Of a stretch of DNA of 60,596 nt, positions 10,230-20,655 are shown piece by piece. The stretch spans positions 1 through 60,596 of the IMG/VR virus record IMGVR_UViG_3300024308_000030; one strand, written 5' to 3'. How positions within the stretch are numbered: position 1 is the first letter of the stretch; each line of letters opens with the position of its first letter. The position numbers were made by a program, and so were the translations under genes. The notes beneath the pieces were generated by a model, which ran no database searches, was not told the origin of the DNA, and saw nothing but the letters and a program-made list of their open reading frames with translations. The stretch is from a virus. Taxonomy: Duplodnaviria; Caudoviricetes.

Positions 10230-10523
10230 GTGAACGACATAGCAATCGAGGCGCCGGGCATGAGCAACTGCGTTCGCATCACCACCGCCGAAAACGGGTA
10301 CGTGCTCGAGTACGAAGACCCCGAAGTCCGCAAGAAAAACCGCGACAACTGCTGCCCATGGGAAGATCCGTGGAAGCAGCGCGTGTACGACACACCGGAA
10401 GCCCTAGCCGCCGATCTGGTGCGCGTGCTTCCGATCATGAAAGAACAGGGAAAAGAAGCCATGGAACCGGCAGAAGAATTCAAAACCGCGTTGTCACAGG
10501 CGTTCAAGGAGACTGACGAATGA
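10230..10523 (+). CDS. hypothetical protein
   Basis: 97-aa ORF coupled to next gene by ATGA overlap. Confidence 0.7.
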   Translation: MNDIAIEAPGMSNCVRITTAENGYVLEYEDPEVRKKNRDNCCPWEDPWKQRVYDTPEALAADLVRVLPIMKEQGKEAMEPAEEFKTALSQAFKETDE

Positions 10524-10948
10524 GCACCGATATCGACCTCAACACCCTCGACGAGACCAAACCCGAGACCGCTGCGCTGCAGCCGGCGAAGAAACCGCGC
10601 GCCAAGAAAGCGGCCAAGCCTGTGCAGGCCAAAACCGCCGAAGCCCTCAAGGTGGCCACTGAGGCGTTCGCCCAGGTGTCCGCCGAAGTGCATACCCCGG
10701 TCGGCGTACCGCAGGAAGAAAAGCGCGTCCGCATCATCCTCGAAGAAAACGACGAGATCCCACCCACCGGTCTCTACGTTGGCGTCAACGGCAAGGGCTA
10801 CCTGATCAAGGCTGGCGAGGAAGTGTCGGTCCCCGAGTCGGTGATCGAAGTCCTGAAAAACGCCATAAAAGACAAGCCGATCATGGAGTCCGGGCGCATT
10901 GTGCGCTACCGTAAGGCCTCCCGTTTCCCCTTCCAGCGCCTGGACTGA
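10520..10948 (+). CDS. conserved phage protein (post-capsid)
   Basis: 'LYVGVNGKGYLIKAGEEVSVPESVIEVL' motif typical after N4-type capsid genes. Confidence 0.75.
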   Translation: MSTDIDLNTLDETKPETAALQPAKKPRAKKAAKPVQAKTAEALKVATEAFAQVSAEVHTPVGVPQEEKRVRIILEENDEIPPTGLYVGVNGKGYLIKAGEEVSVPESVIEVLKNAIKDKPIMESGRIVRYRKASRFPFQRLD

Positions 10949-10965
10949 CCAGCGAGGTATTCGTC

Positions 10966-11682
10966 GTGACGCTCAAGGAACTGCTCGCAGAGCTGCGTAA
11001 CAACATCCTGCGGGACGTCACCTACCGCGTCGGCGCAAGCAGCGACGAATACCTGTGGACCGACGAGACGCTGATCCGCTACATCAACGAGGCCGAACGC
11101 AAGTTCTGCCGCATGACCCAGTGCCTGCGTGACAAGACCACCGCGGCTGTCACACAGGTCACCCTGCAGCCGGACGTAGCCGAGTATGTCATTGACAAGC
11201 GCGTGCTCGACGTTCTTGACGTCCACATCCAGGGGTATCAGCTGCGCCCGTCGCAGAACGACGCACTGAACGGCTATCCCGGCAACGTGGCCACCGGCAG
11301 CGTGAACGTGAAAGCGTCCCGCCGCGGCCGCCCGCTGCTGTTTTCACTCGATGAAGCCGACCGTACCTTGCGGCTGTATCCCATACCCAGCGAGGAGTTC
11401 GCCGGCACGATCGCCTATCTGCGCGTGGCGCGCTTGCCGCTGAACCCGCTGACCAAATCCAACTTGGCCGCCAGTCCAGAGGTCGACGAGGACTACCACC
11501 TCGAGCTCCTCGAATGGGCTGCATGGCGGGCGCTCCGCAACCACGACGTGGACGCAGAGAACATGGCCAAGGCCAGCGCGCACAAGACCAGGTTCTTGCA
11601 GGCGGTAGACGAAATGAACATAGACGCCAAGCGCGCCAAGGCGTCCCCAGTGCAGTTCGGTGTGAACGCGAGGTTTGACTGA
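10966..11682 (+). CDS. head-tail adaptor protein
   Basis: 'WTDETLIRYINEA', 'LRLYPIP', 'YHLELLEWAAWRA' podovirus adaptor motifs. Confidence 0.78.
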   Translation: MTLKELLAELRNNILRDVTYRVGASSDEYLWTDETLIRYINEAERKFCRMTQCLRDKTTAAVTQVTLQPDVAEYVIDKRVLDVLDVHIQGYQLRPSQNDALNGYPGNVATGSVNVKASRRGRPLLFSLDEADRTLRLYPIPSEEFAGTIAYLRVARLPLNPLTKSNLAASPEVDEDYHLELLEWAAWRALRNHDVDAENMAKASAHKTRFLQAVDEMNIDAKRAKASPVQFGVNARFD

Positions 11683-12734
11683 TGGCCGACAACCGCAGAA
11701 CGGTAGGCAACTACTACGGGGTCAACGAAGACATCCCGATGATCCCCGGTGTGGCCGACCCGTACGCCACGGATTATGACGCTCAGCTCGGCTTGGGCCT
11801 CACTGCGGCCATCGAGGACAACCAGGCGGATATCGCCAAGCGCCAGGCTGCGGCAGTCGCAGCGAACAACGCGCGGCGCGCCGCCCAGGCAGCCCCTGGG
11901 GCCCCGACCCCTATCGCCGGACCGACTAACGCGGCTGGACGCCAGAACGCGTTCGATGTGACCAACACCAGCACGGTCGACGCCGCCGGCAACGTTACTA
12001 GCAACCTGGCGCAACCAGTCGGTGCTGGCCTCACCATGGGGTTCGGCGGCGGGAACGAGACTGCCACCCAGTACCTGCAGCGCATGCAGCAGAGCGACCA
12101 GCAAGCCGCACTGAACCGCCAGCGCACTCAGCTTCTGGACCGTTTTACCGCTGCGCAGGACAACCTCAGTGCGGATTCGTCGATCGGCGAGATCGGCGCT
12201 GCGCGCGCGCAGCTGGCCGGACTGACCCCGCTGCTCGGCGCAACCACTGGTGCTACTGCTGACCTGGCGCGCACCGACGTTGGCGCCAGCGCTGACCTGG
12301 CCCGGGCGAACATCGGCGCGGCCGCGGCAATCCAGGAACGCGCCCTGGCCAACGCAGGACAGCTCGCCGCCGTCGACTTGACCGGCCAGTACGGCCTGCA
12401 GGAAGCCAGCACGCGCGGACAGGCTGCTGTAGGTGCGGCCCTGGCCAAGGCGTCGCTCGACGCCAACACTGGCAAGAACCAGAAGGCAGCGCAAGAAGCG
12501 CAGCTGCTGCAGCTGCGTGAGGCCCTCGCGCTGCAAGCGCTCGAGAACGGCGAACCTGAACGCGCGGCGGCGCTGGCTAGCGGTGCTACTCCGGCTACTC
12601 CGAAGCTGATCAACGACAACCTCGGCCTGCCATATGCCAAGCAGATGCCGGACGGTAGTATCGTTGCGCTGAGCCCGACCGAACTGGCGCAGCTCGCAGC
12701 GGCAAGACAACAACTGGCCACCGGGGGCGAGTAA
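11682..12734 (+). CDS. internal virion / ejection protein (putative)
   Basis: Ala/Gln-rich helical 350 aa directly before the giant protein. Confidence 0.6.
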   Translation: MADNRRTVGNYYGVNEDIPMIPGVADPYATDYDAQLGLGLTAAIEDNQADIAKRQAAAVAANNARRAAQAAPGAPTPIAGPTNAAGRQNAFDVTNTSTVDAAGNVTSNLAQPVGAGLTMGFGGGNETATQYLQRMQQSDQQAALNRQRTQLLDRFTAAQDNLSADSSIGEIGAARAQLAGLTPLLGATTGATADLARTDVGASADLARANIGAAAAIQERALANAGQLAAVDLTGQYGLQEASTRGQAAVGAALAKASLDANTGKNQKAAQEAQLLQLREALALQALENGEPERAAALASGATPATPKLINDNLGLPYAKQMPDGSIVALSPTELAQLAAARQQLATGGE

Positions 12735-15700
12735 TGGCGGCGCAGACCAACTACGCGGATATCGTCGCCAGGGCTTATCAGCTCCAGGCTGAACGTCAAG
12801 CGCAGCAGGCAGCCGACGCTGAGACGCAGCAGGCGGAACTGCTGCGCCAGCGCGACGCCACGCGCAGCCGAACATTCGGCGAAGTCGCGCAAGACGTTGG
12901 ACTGCAGCTGACCCAAGGCGTGGTGGGTCTGGGGCAGGCGCTCTATGGGGCTGGGAACCTGGCAACCCTGGGCCTGCTCGACCGTGGCGCAGGGATTTCG
13001 CGAGACTTCGCGGAGACCAACCAGATTCTGCAAGGAGCCAAGTCTGCCCCGACGCAGGCGCGCGCGGCCGAAGCTCAGCGCGCGTTCGATGAGGAAGGCG
13101 TAGCGGCAGGCCTGGGGGCGTACGTCACCAGTCCAGCGCTGCTGCAAGATCTGGTAGTGAGCAACGCACCGTCGCTGATCCCCGGCGTTGCTGTGGCCGG
13201 TCGCGCTGGCCGTGTGGCAGCCGCGGCGACTACTGGCTTGGAACAGGCTGCCGCGTCCAAGCTGATTCGCGAAGCGGCTACTACGGCCGCAGTGCGGACC
13301 GCCGGTGCGCAAACCGCAGGCGCTACCAACGTCGACGCGATCAACGCCATACGCGACGCAGGCGGTGGTGAAGACCTCCAGCAGTTCGGCGGTGTCGGCG
13401 CGGGCTTGCTGGCCGGCCTGGCTACTCCTGCGCTGAGCCGTCTTACTGGCGCCGGCGCGCTGGAAGCGGCAGCAGCCAACGCCCTCAACCCAGCCACACG
13501 CGCTGCGTTCCAGACCGGTGCCGGCGGTGTCGCTCGCGGCGTGGCCGGTGGTTTCCTCCGCGAAGGTACGGAAGAAGCTGCGCAGTCGTCCGTGGAGCAG
13601 CTGGCGCAGAACTTGTTCGCGCCTGGCGTCGACCTTGGCCAAGGCGTCGGTCAGGCCGCGGCCCTCGGTGGTTTGGCTGGCGGCCTGCTCGGCGGCGGCC
13701 TCGGCGCTGTGTCTTCCAGCCCGCGCCAGAGCAGTGGCCTGCGCGACCAGATTGAGTCGACGCTGAACGAGTTCTCTGCCGAACAGGCTGCGCCTGACGC
13801 CCAGGGCGAACTGCGGGGGCTGCGCGGCGTTCTCGGTCGTCGGTTCGTGCAGCCAGTGAGCAACGCGCCGGTGCCTGAGCCTACCGGGCTGAACGCGGCA
13901 ATGCAGCGTGTGCGCGCGGAGCAGGCGTACGTGCAGAACCTGCCGAACATGCTGCCGGAGATCAACAGCGACACCGGCCCGCTACCCTACGACAACCTGG
14001 GCGAAGTGCAGACCGACGTGGGCCTGCCGACCCCCGACGTCGAAGAACTCACCGGCGCCCGCGCGGCGATCGCTCGCGTGCGGGCCCAAGCGATTCCCCA
14101 GATGCAGGTAGAAGAACTGCCTGTTGAAACGGTCGACGCTGCGGCCGCGCCGCGTACCGGCAGCCTGCTTGACGCGATCGCGTCGACTCGCGCTCGCCAA
14201 GGGCAGCTGGGCGGCACCGACCTGCTTGGCGGGCCGCTGGCTGACCAGGGTGCGTTCTTCCGCGCCGCCGAAGAGCCGGGCGCAGCTCCGGTGTTGGCCC
14301 AGGTGCCGGCCGAGGTCCAGCCGCCGCTGCCGTTCGACCGGCCTATCCCGAGCTGGAAGTCGTTCCTGGCGAAAGACCTCGGCTTGAAAGCTGCGAACTT
14401 CCGCGGCGCGGCATGGACCCAGTTCGAGCAAGCGGCGGCAGCCAGCGGCATCCGCCCAACAGACCCTGGTGCTGTCGAGTTCCTGCGCCAGGTAGGTGGT
14501 CAGCTGGGTGCTGACGAAGCTCGCGCCCCGCTCTTTGCAGCAAAATTGGCCGAGCGGTACGCCGCTCAGCCGCCAGTCCCTGCCATGGACGCCAACGGAG
14601 CAGCCGAGCAGCCCGCCCTGGGCGCCGCGCCGGAAGCTGCTCCGAGCCTCGAACAGCAGGTGGTGGACCAGGTCGAATCTTCTGTCGAACAAGTTCCGCG
14701 GGTGACGAACGTTAAGCAGGTGAGATCTGGCTACGCGGATGAAGGCACGTACTACGAAGTCGCTATGGATGACGGTCGCAGCGCCCGTGTTTACCGCCAG
14801 GCAGGCGATGGCGGTGTCCAACTGTCGGGGTGGTACTACGCTCCCGAGGGAGCCGAGCGCGGCGTTTATTTGGGTGAGACCAGAAAAGACGCGCTGGACG
14901 CACTCCCGAGAGCGCTTGGTACTAACTCTGCCGCGCTCGCTCCGGTCGTAGGGGAGATCGACAACGCAGTTTCCCAGCGCGCCGCAGATCTCCAAGACCT
15001 AGTGGACGCCGAAGGCCAGGGCAAGAACAACCTGGTCCCAGCCGCGCGCCGCGTCCTCGCCGACAGCGTCGAGTCGGCCACGACCATCGCGGACCTTGAA
15101 CTGCTGCGCCAGGCCTCGGAAATGGTGCAGAGCATGACTCGGCTCTCGCCGGCGGCGCGCCGCACGATGTTCGAAGACCGCGCCGTGAAGATCGCTTCCG
15201 AGTCGCTCAGCGGCGCGCCGGACACCGACCAGCTGGACGCGGTGTACAACTCGCTGATCCAGACCGAGGCCTTCAAGGCGCTCCCGCAAGCCAAGCAGGA
15301 CGAACTCGTCAACACCTACAGCCAGAGCTACGACCGCTTCGAGCTGGGCAAATTCAGCCGCGCCGAGGCGCCCGTCACGACCCCGCTGAAAACCGAGACG
15401 TTCGCCGAACTGGTCGCCAACGCGTCCCGCCTTGGCACCCCAGTGGTTGCTCACGACAACGTCGCCGCGTTCAAGAACGCTACTGGCCACACGGCGCCGG
15501 CCGACGCCAACGGCGTGTACATCGGCGACCAGCTGCACCTGATCCGCCAGAACATCGGCTCCGCGAAAGAGCTGGCCATGGTGCTGGCGCACGAACGGGG
15601 CCACCAGGGGCTGGCCGGCCTGCTCGGCGACCGTCTGCCGGCGGTGACCAACCGTCTGTGGGCCAACGCCGCACTGCGCAAGCGTATCAAGGGCAAGATG

Positions 15701-18700
15701 GACACCGGCCTCGACCGCTCCACCGCTGCCGAAGAAGTCCTCGCAGATATGCTGGCTGGCGGCGAGCGCCTCACCGGCGACGTCACGTCCAAGCTACGCG
15801 CCGGCGTGGACAACCTGTTCGCCAAGATCTTCGGCTACAGCAAGTACCAGGTGCCGTCGAAGGACGTGGACACCCTGCTGAAAGATACCGTGGCGTACCA
15901 GCGTGCGCGTATCGCCGGTCAGGGCAGCGCCATCGACCCGAACAACCCGCTGACCAACGAAGAGGCGATGGCCGAGCTCGACCGCATGCTGGGTGACCCC
16001 GGGCGCATCGGCGGCCAGCCGCTGTACTCGCGCGCCCTCGACGACATTCAGACGGCGATCGCCGGCGCCAACGGCACGACCTCTCCGCGCACGCTCCAGG
16101 ACGGTGTCAAGGCGGCGTACGACGCGGGTAAGCAGACCGCCAAGGGCATCGGCGAGTCGTTCACCGTGGGCGGCGTGTTCTCGCGCCTGCTGGACGCCGT
16201 GCCGCTCAACCAGATGAACAATCTCTATGGCGACCTGCTGAGTGACGGCGACCGCAAGCCGCTGGCCGATTTCGCTCGGTTCAAACGTGCCAAGGAAGCG
16301 ACGTACAACAAGACCCTGACCGAGGACCGTCCGGTCAAATACGGCAGCGAGCAATTCAACACTGGCCCCATGAGCCTGGCCCAGGAGTGGGACAAGTTCG
16401 CGCGCGACAGGTCCACTGCGAAAAAGGCCGAGGCGCTCAACACGCTGCAGCAGAACGCTACGCTGTACCGGGTGTTCCCCGACCGCAAGTGGTCCGAGCA
16501 GTCCGACCTCAACTACAACGACTTCAGCTTCACCGAAGCCGAGCGCAAGGCCGCGCACGCCAAACTCAGCGAGCTCTACACCTCGCTGGGCAAGACCGGC
16601 CAGGAGCTGTACAAGAAGTCGCAGGGGGTCTACTCGGACCTGTGGAACCGCCGGTTTGAGGCCCTGGCCAATGAGCTGTCGCGGGTCACTGGTGCGCCGC
16701 GCGACTCGGAGCTGTTCAAGCAGCAGTACGGCCGCACCATCGACACCGCGCTCAACAAGATGCGCACCGGTCCGTACTCGCCGTTGCAGCGCTACGGCGA
16801 TTACCTGGTGACCGTGCGCGACAAGCAGGGCAAGATCGCCTGGTTCTCCGGTCACGAGAGCGCAGCGGAAGCCGACGCTGTGGCCGCGCAGCTGCGCAAG
16901 GGCCAGTACGCCAGCACGAGCGATTACAAGGTGAACCGCACGGTGCGCCAGAAGTTCGACTGGAACCTGGACGGCATCAACGACGCGACCATCAAGAAGC
17001 TGGAAGGGTCGGTGGACGCTGCGCTACCCAACGAGTCGCAGGCCCAGCTGCGCAACGAGCTGCGCAAAGGGCTCGTAGAGGCCTACCTGCAGTCGCTCCC
17101 GCAGCAATCGTTCCTGCAGCACGCCAACGTACGCAAAGGCGTCGAGGGTGCCACTGCCGACGCCTTCCGGGCGTTCAACGACTACTCGACCAAGGCGGCC
17201 CGCAACATCGCGGCGCTCCAGTACGACGGCCAAATCAGCAACAAGCTGACCGAGCTGCAGCAGTTCGTCACCGAGAAGGCCCAGACCGAGCCGGACTCGA
17301 ACACCAGCAAGATGCAGCAGGTGGTGAACGCCATCAAGACCCAGCACGCAGCGTCCCTGCGCGCCGAGCAGACGCCCATCGTCGACTGGCTGACCCAGGC
17401 TGGCTTCGTCATGTACATGACCTCGCCCAGCCAGATGTTCATCAACGCCATGCAGACACCCATGGTGGCCATTCCTCGCCTGGTGGGCAAGTACGGCACC
17501 ACTGGCGCCTTGCGCGCGTTCAAGGGCGCCCTGGACACGTTCGTGCGCAGCCGCGGCAATATGCTCGGCGCGCGCTCGACGGTCGCTGAGGGCAGCCTGG
17601 AGCGTCAGGTGCTGGACCAGTTGCAACAGCGCGGCGTCCTCGACTTCACCCAGGCACATGACCTCACGGGTCTGGCGCGCGGCGACAACGCAGCGATGTC
17701 CGGCCACTGGCGCACAGCGATGAACGTCATGTCGCTGGCGATGAACAAGTCCGAAGTGTTCAACCGCCAGGTCACGGCATACGCTGCCGCGCAGCTGGAG
17801 GCGCAGAAGCTCGGCCTGCAGCCAGGTGCCAGGCCTACCCCGGCGCAGCTGGCGCAGATCACCGACGCCGCAGAAGACGCGGTCTACGACACCCAGTTCG
17901 ACTACTCCCAGTCGAATAAGCCGACGATCATGCAGGGGCCGCTGGGCAAGCTGGCGCTGCAGTTCCAGCAGTACCGGTTCAACATGCTGGCCATGATCGC
18001 CAAGGACATTCGCGACAGCTTCACCGGCACCCCCGAAGAGAAGGCCACCGCGCGCCGTACCCTGGCCTGGACCCTGGGCATGCAGGCAGCCTTCGCCGGC
18101 GCCGCCGGCACCGTGCTCTCGCCGATCGCGTTCGCTATCGCAGACGCGTTCCGGGATGACGACGACCTGCTCGACAGCCAGACCGAGTTCGCGCGTTCGG
18201 TCCCGCAATGGTTGTCGCACGGCCTGCTGTCTGGCGCGCTGGACACCAGCCGCCTGAGCGCTGCCACCCTGATTCCGTACTTCGGCGACAAGGAGTACGA
18301 GCCGAAAGACGCCACCGCCAAGGAGGTGTTCCAGTACCACGCCATGCGCAACCTCGGCCCGTGGCTGGGCCTGGGCGCTGCGTGGTCGGATGGTGCTGCG
18401 AAAATGCTCGACGGCGATGTCGCCGGCGCCCTGAAGTCCGCCGCTCCGAAACCCTTCGCCGACGCCCTCAAGGCCTACACTGACGCCGGCGGCGCTAAGG
18501 ACGCGCGGCAGGTCAGCTACTTCGATCCGAATGTCTGGGACACCGTGACGGCGGCAGTTGGTCTGAAGAGCGGCTCGCGCGCCGAGGCGGAAGAGACCCG
18601 CGGCGCGACCTACGAGGCGACCAAGCGCATCAGCACGGTCAAGCAGCGCTACCTGAACCAGCTGGCTATCGGCCAATCGACGGGTGACAGGGAACTGGTG

Positions 18701-18880
18701 CAGGAAGCCATGGCCAAAATCCAGGCGTGGAATGCTTCCGTCCCCGACCAGGCCATCAAGGCACAGGACATTCGCCGGGCAACGGTGCGCCAGGCACGGA
18801 GCCAGTCGAACGCTGACGCGTTCGGTACTCCGCTGTCTCTGCCGCCGAGCCCCTCTGTTCGAGCAGCAGTTGGCATATAA
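12734..18880 (+). CDS. giant internal virion/ejection 'polyvalent' protein with HExxH peptidase-like and PLxRFG-like domains
   Basis: 2048 aa; Gly/Ala-rich N-terminus, 'LAHERGHQG', 'YSPLQRYGDY'. Confidence 0.8.
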   Translation: MAAQTNYADIVARAYQLQAERQAQQAADAETQQAELLRQRDATRSRTFGEVAQDVGLQLTQGVVGLGQALYGAGNLATLGLLDRGAGISRDFAETNQILQGAKSAPTQARAAEAQRAFDEEGVAAGLGAYVTSPALLQDLVVSNAPSLIPGVAVAGRAGRVAAAATTGLEQAAASKLIREAATTAAVRTAGAQTAGATNVDAINAIRDAGGGEDLQQFGGVGAGLLAGLATPALSRLTGAGALEAAAANALNPATRAAFQTGAGGVARGVAGGFLREGTEEAAQSSVEQLAQNLFAPGVDLGQGVGQAAALGGLAGGLLGGGLGAVSSSPRQSSGLRDQIESTLNEFSAEQAAPDAQGELRGLRGVLGRRFVQPVSNAPVPEPTGLNAAMQRVRAEQAYVQNLPNMLPEINSDTGPLPYDNLGEVQTDVGLPTPDVEELTGARAAIARVRAQAIPQMQVEELPVETVDAAAAPRTGSLLDAIASTRARQGQLGGTDLLGGPLADQGAFFRAAEEPGAAPVLAQVPAEVQPPLPFDRPIPSWKSFLAKDLGLKAANFRGAAWTQFEQAAAASGIRPTDPGAVEFLRQVGGQLGADEARAPLFAAKLAERYAAQPPVPAMDANGAAEQPALGAAPEAAPSLEQQVVDQVESSVEQVPRVTNVKQVRSGYADEGTYYEVAMDDGRSARVYRQAGDGGVQLSGWYYAPEGAERGVYLGETRKDALDALPRALGTNSAALAPVVGEIDNAVSQRAADLQDLVDAEGQGKNNLVPAARRVLADSVESATTIADLELLRQASEMVQSMTRLSPAARRTMFEDRAVKIASESLSGAPDTDQLDAVYNSLIQTEAFKALPQAKQDELVNTYSQSYDRFELGKFSRAEAPVTTPLKTETFAELVANASRLGTPVVAHDNVAAFKNATGHTAPADANGVYIGDQLHLIRQNIGSAKELAMVLAHERGHQGLAGLLGDRLPAVTNRLWANAALRKRIKGKMDTGLDRSTAAEEVLADMLAGGERLTGDVTSKLRAGVDNLFAKIFGYSKYQVPSKDVDTLLKDTVAYQRARIAGQGSAIDPNNPLTNEEAMAELDRMLGDPGRIGGQPLYSRALDDIQTAIAGANGTTSPRTLQDGVKAAYDAGKQTAKGIGESFTVGGVFSRLLDAVPLNQMNNLYGDLLSDGDRKPLADFARFKRAKEATYNKTLTEDRPVKYGSEQFNTGPMSLAQEWDKFARDRSTAKKAEALNTLQQNATLYRVFPDRKWSEQSDLNYNDFSFTEAERKAAHAKLSELYTSLGKTGQELYKKSQGVYSDLWNRRFEALANELSRVTGAPRDSELFKQQYGRTIDTALNKMRTGPYSPLQRYGDYLVTVRDKQGKIAWFSGHESAAEADAVAAQLRKGQYASTSDYKVNRTVRQKFDWNLDGINDATIKKLEGSVDAALPNESQAQLRNELRKGLVEAYLQSLPQQSFLQHANVRKGVEGATADAFRAFNDYSTKAARNIAALQYDGQISNKLTELQQFVTEKAQTEPDSNTSKMQQVVNAIKTQHAASLRAEQTPIVDWLTQAGFVMYMTSPSQMFINAMQTPMVAIPRLVGKYGTTGALRAFKGALDTFVRSRGNMLGARSTVAEGSLERQVLDQLQQRGVLDFTQAHDLTGLARGDNAAMSGHWRTAMNVMSLAMNKSEVFNRQVTAYAAAQLEAQKLGLQPGARPTPAQLAQITDAAEDAVYDTQFDYSQSNKPTIMQGPLGKLALQFQQYRFNMLAMIAKDIRDSFTGTPEEKATARRTLAWTLGMQAAFAGAAGTVLSPIAFAIADAFRDDDDLLDSQTEFARSVPQWLSHGLLSGALDTSRLSAATLIPYFGDKEYEPKDATAKEVFQYHAMRNLGPWLGLGAAWSDGAAKMLDGDVAGALKSAAPKPFADALKAYTDAGGAKDARQVSYFDPNVWDTVTAAVGLKSGSRAEAEETRGATYEATKRISTVKQRYLNQLAIGQSTGDRELVQEAMAKIQAWNASVPDQAIKAQDIRRATVRQARSQSNADAFGTPLSLPPSPSVRAAVGI

Positions 18881-18910
18881 TCCAGGCAGCCAACGGGGGG
18901 GAGATAAACG

Positions 18911-19219
18911 ATGGAAGACTTCTTGCGCGAAGTCAGGCAGTGGGCCCAGATGGGCCTCCTGGCAGCATTCGGAGGCGCGGCCAGCTACCTGTACACCATG
19001 GTCACGAAGAACAAGAAGTTCGTGTGGCTGACCTTCAACATCAACCTGTTCCTCGCGTTTTTCGTAGGGCAGTCCCTTGGCGGCTTCATCCCGCCGGACA
19101 CCAAGAACTTCGGCGGGTGGCTCATGATGCTGGGGTTCTGCGCTTACCCAGCGCTGGGCCTGGTCGAAAACAAGGTACTCGCCTACCTGGACAAACGCAT
19201 GGGAGCCCGAGGTGAATAG
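18911..19219 (+). CDS. holin (putative)
   Basis: 102 aa, about 3 hydrophobic segments, basic C-terminus, first gene of lysis cassette. Confidence 0.75.
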   Translation: MEDFLREVRQWAQMGLLAAFGGAASYLYTMVTKNKKFVWLTFNINLFLAFFVGQSLGGFIPPDTKNFGGWLMMLGFCAYPALGLVENKVLAYLDKRMGARGE

Positions 19220-19532
19220 CATGCTCGTCGTGACCGTCCTCACTACGCTGATCCACGCGTTCGTCATCGCCAAGGCCGTGACGTTCTTCAGGGTTAACGG
19301 CCCCTGCCGCGAGAGCGACAAGACCATCGTGGCGATGCTGGGGGCCCTCAGCGCGATGTTCATCCTGGCCCAGGTGCTGGTCACCGTCGACAACTTCGGA
19401 CGCGTGCTCACTACGAGCCTCGCGTCGGCGCTGCTGATGGGGTTCAACTTCTCCAACGCGTTCTTCTACCTGGCCCAGATAAAGGTGCTCACCGACCGTA
19501 GGAGCTACAACGCGTGCCAACGCTATCGCTGA
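19212..19532 (+). CDS. second membrane protein of lysis cassette (holin/antiholin-like)
   Basis: 106 aa with about 3 hydrophobic segments between holin and spanin. Confidence 0.6.
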   Translation: MNSMLVVTVLTTLIHAFVIAKAVTFFRVNGPCRESDKTIVAMLGALSAMFILAQVLVTVDNFGRVLTTSLASALLMGFNFSNAFFYLAQIKVLTDRRSYNACQRYR

Positions 19533-19891
19533 GCCAGTGGATCGCGGTAGGCGCAGTGGTCGCGGCCGCTGCAGGCGGCTGGTACGCGCGCGGTGTCGTG
19601 GCGGACAACGACATGTTGGCCTACAAGCAAGGCCTCTATGACCAGGCAAACGACCAGCGTATCCTGCGCGCCAAGGTGGAAGCTGCGCAGACAGCGGTGA
19701 CCGCCGACAGCACGGAGCGCGTCAACCAGTCTCAGAAGGCCCAGGCCGAGACAGTCCGAGTGGTGACCAAGGAGATCGTCCGGTATGTGCAGAACCCTGA
19801 TCATGGCAAGTGCGTGCTTCCTGCTGATTTCGTGTGGGGGTACAACCGCTCCCTTGGTGTCCCCGGAGTGCCCGAGACCGCAGCTCCCTGA
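19514..19891 (+). CDS. Rz: inner-membrane spanin (Rz-like)
   Basis: N-terminal TM 'WIAVGAVVAAAAGGWY', coiled periplasmic part, 'VVTKEIVRYV...CVLP'. Confidence 0.75.
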   Translation: MPTLSLSQWIAVGAVVAAAAGGWYARGVVADNDMLAYKQGLYDQANDQRILRAKVEAAQTAVTADSTERVNQSQKAQAETVRVVTKEIVRYVQNPDHGKCVLPADFVWGYNRSLGVPGVPETAAP

Positions 19892-20057
19892 CCAGCGGCT
19901 ACTGGAGGCGCCCGAGGACTACGAGCCCATAACCGCGGGCACCGACGTCGACGTCTACCCGACGATCGTCCGCAACAACCTGGTGTGCCGAGTGTCGCGA
20001 GACACCCTGGTAGAGCTGCAGCGATGGACAAAGGAGCAACACGATGCGACTCACTGA
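19803..20057 (+). CDS. Rz1: outer-membrane lipoprotein spanin (Rz1-like)
   Basis: lipobox 'FLLISC', Pro-rich, overlaps Rz 3' end in another frame. Confidence 0.72.
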   Translation: MASACFLLISCGGTTAPLVSPECPRPQLPDQRLLEAPEDYEPITAGTDVDVYPTIVRNNLVCRVSRDTLVELQRWTKEQHDATH

Positions 20058-20655
20058 CGCCCAATTCAAAGCCCTGTTCCCGAAGGCTGACGAGGAGCTG
20101 CTGCCCTTCCTCAACCGGACCATGGTCCGCTACCGCATCGACACCGCCGTGCGCATGGCGGCGTTCCTGGCGCAGGTCGGGCACGAGAGCGCAGGGCTCA
20201 CCCGGTTCGAAGAGAACCTGAACTACAGCGCCGAGGCGCTGAAGCGCGTGTGGCCGGCACGGTTCCAGGGCGTGGACGCCAACGCCTACGCGCGCAAACC
20301 GGAGAAGATCGCCAACTTCGTGTACGCCGACCGGCTGGGTAACGGCGGCGAAGCCACCGGTGACGGCTGGCGTTACCGCGGCCGGGGCCTGATCCAGATC
20401 ACCGGCAAGGCCAATTACGCGTCGATGGGCAAGGCCCTCAGCGCTGATTTCGTGGGGCACCCGGACCTGGTACTGACGCCGGAGTACAGCTGTTTGACGG
20501 CTGGCGAGTACTGGGGTCGCAACGGCCTCAACAACTTCGCCGACGTGGGCGATTTCCGCGGACTCACCAAGCGGATCAACGGCGCCTTGACCGGCGTGGA
20601 CGACAGGCTGCAACGGTGGGAAGCAGCCAAGCGGGTGCTCAATGCAAGAGGGTAA
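20044..20655 (+). CDS. endolysin, glycoside hydrolase family 19
   Basis: 'AAFLAQVGHES', 'EENLNYS', 'YRGRGLIQITG', 'TKRING'. Confidence 0.93.
   Translation: MRLTDAQFKALFPKADEELLPFLNRTMVRYRIDTAVRMAAFLAQVGHESAGLTRFEENLNYSAEALKRVWPARFQGVDANAYARKPEKIANFVYADRLGNGGEATGDGWRYRGRGLIQITGKANYASMGKALSADFVGHPDLVLTPEYSCLTAGEYWGRNGLNNFADVGDFRGLTKRINGALTGVDDRLQRWEAAKRVLNARG

Noticed and set aside
12734-18880. N4-like virion RNA polymerase or tape measure protein
   Set aside because: No RNAP catalytic motifs recognised; motifs fit polyvalent ejection proteins; no tail tube or tail chaperone genes.
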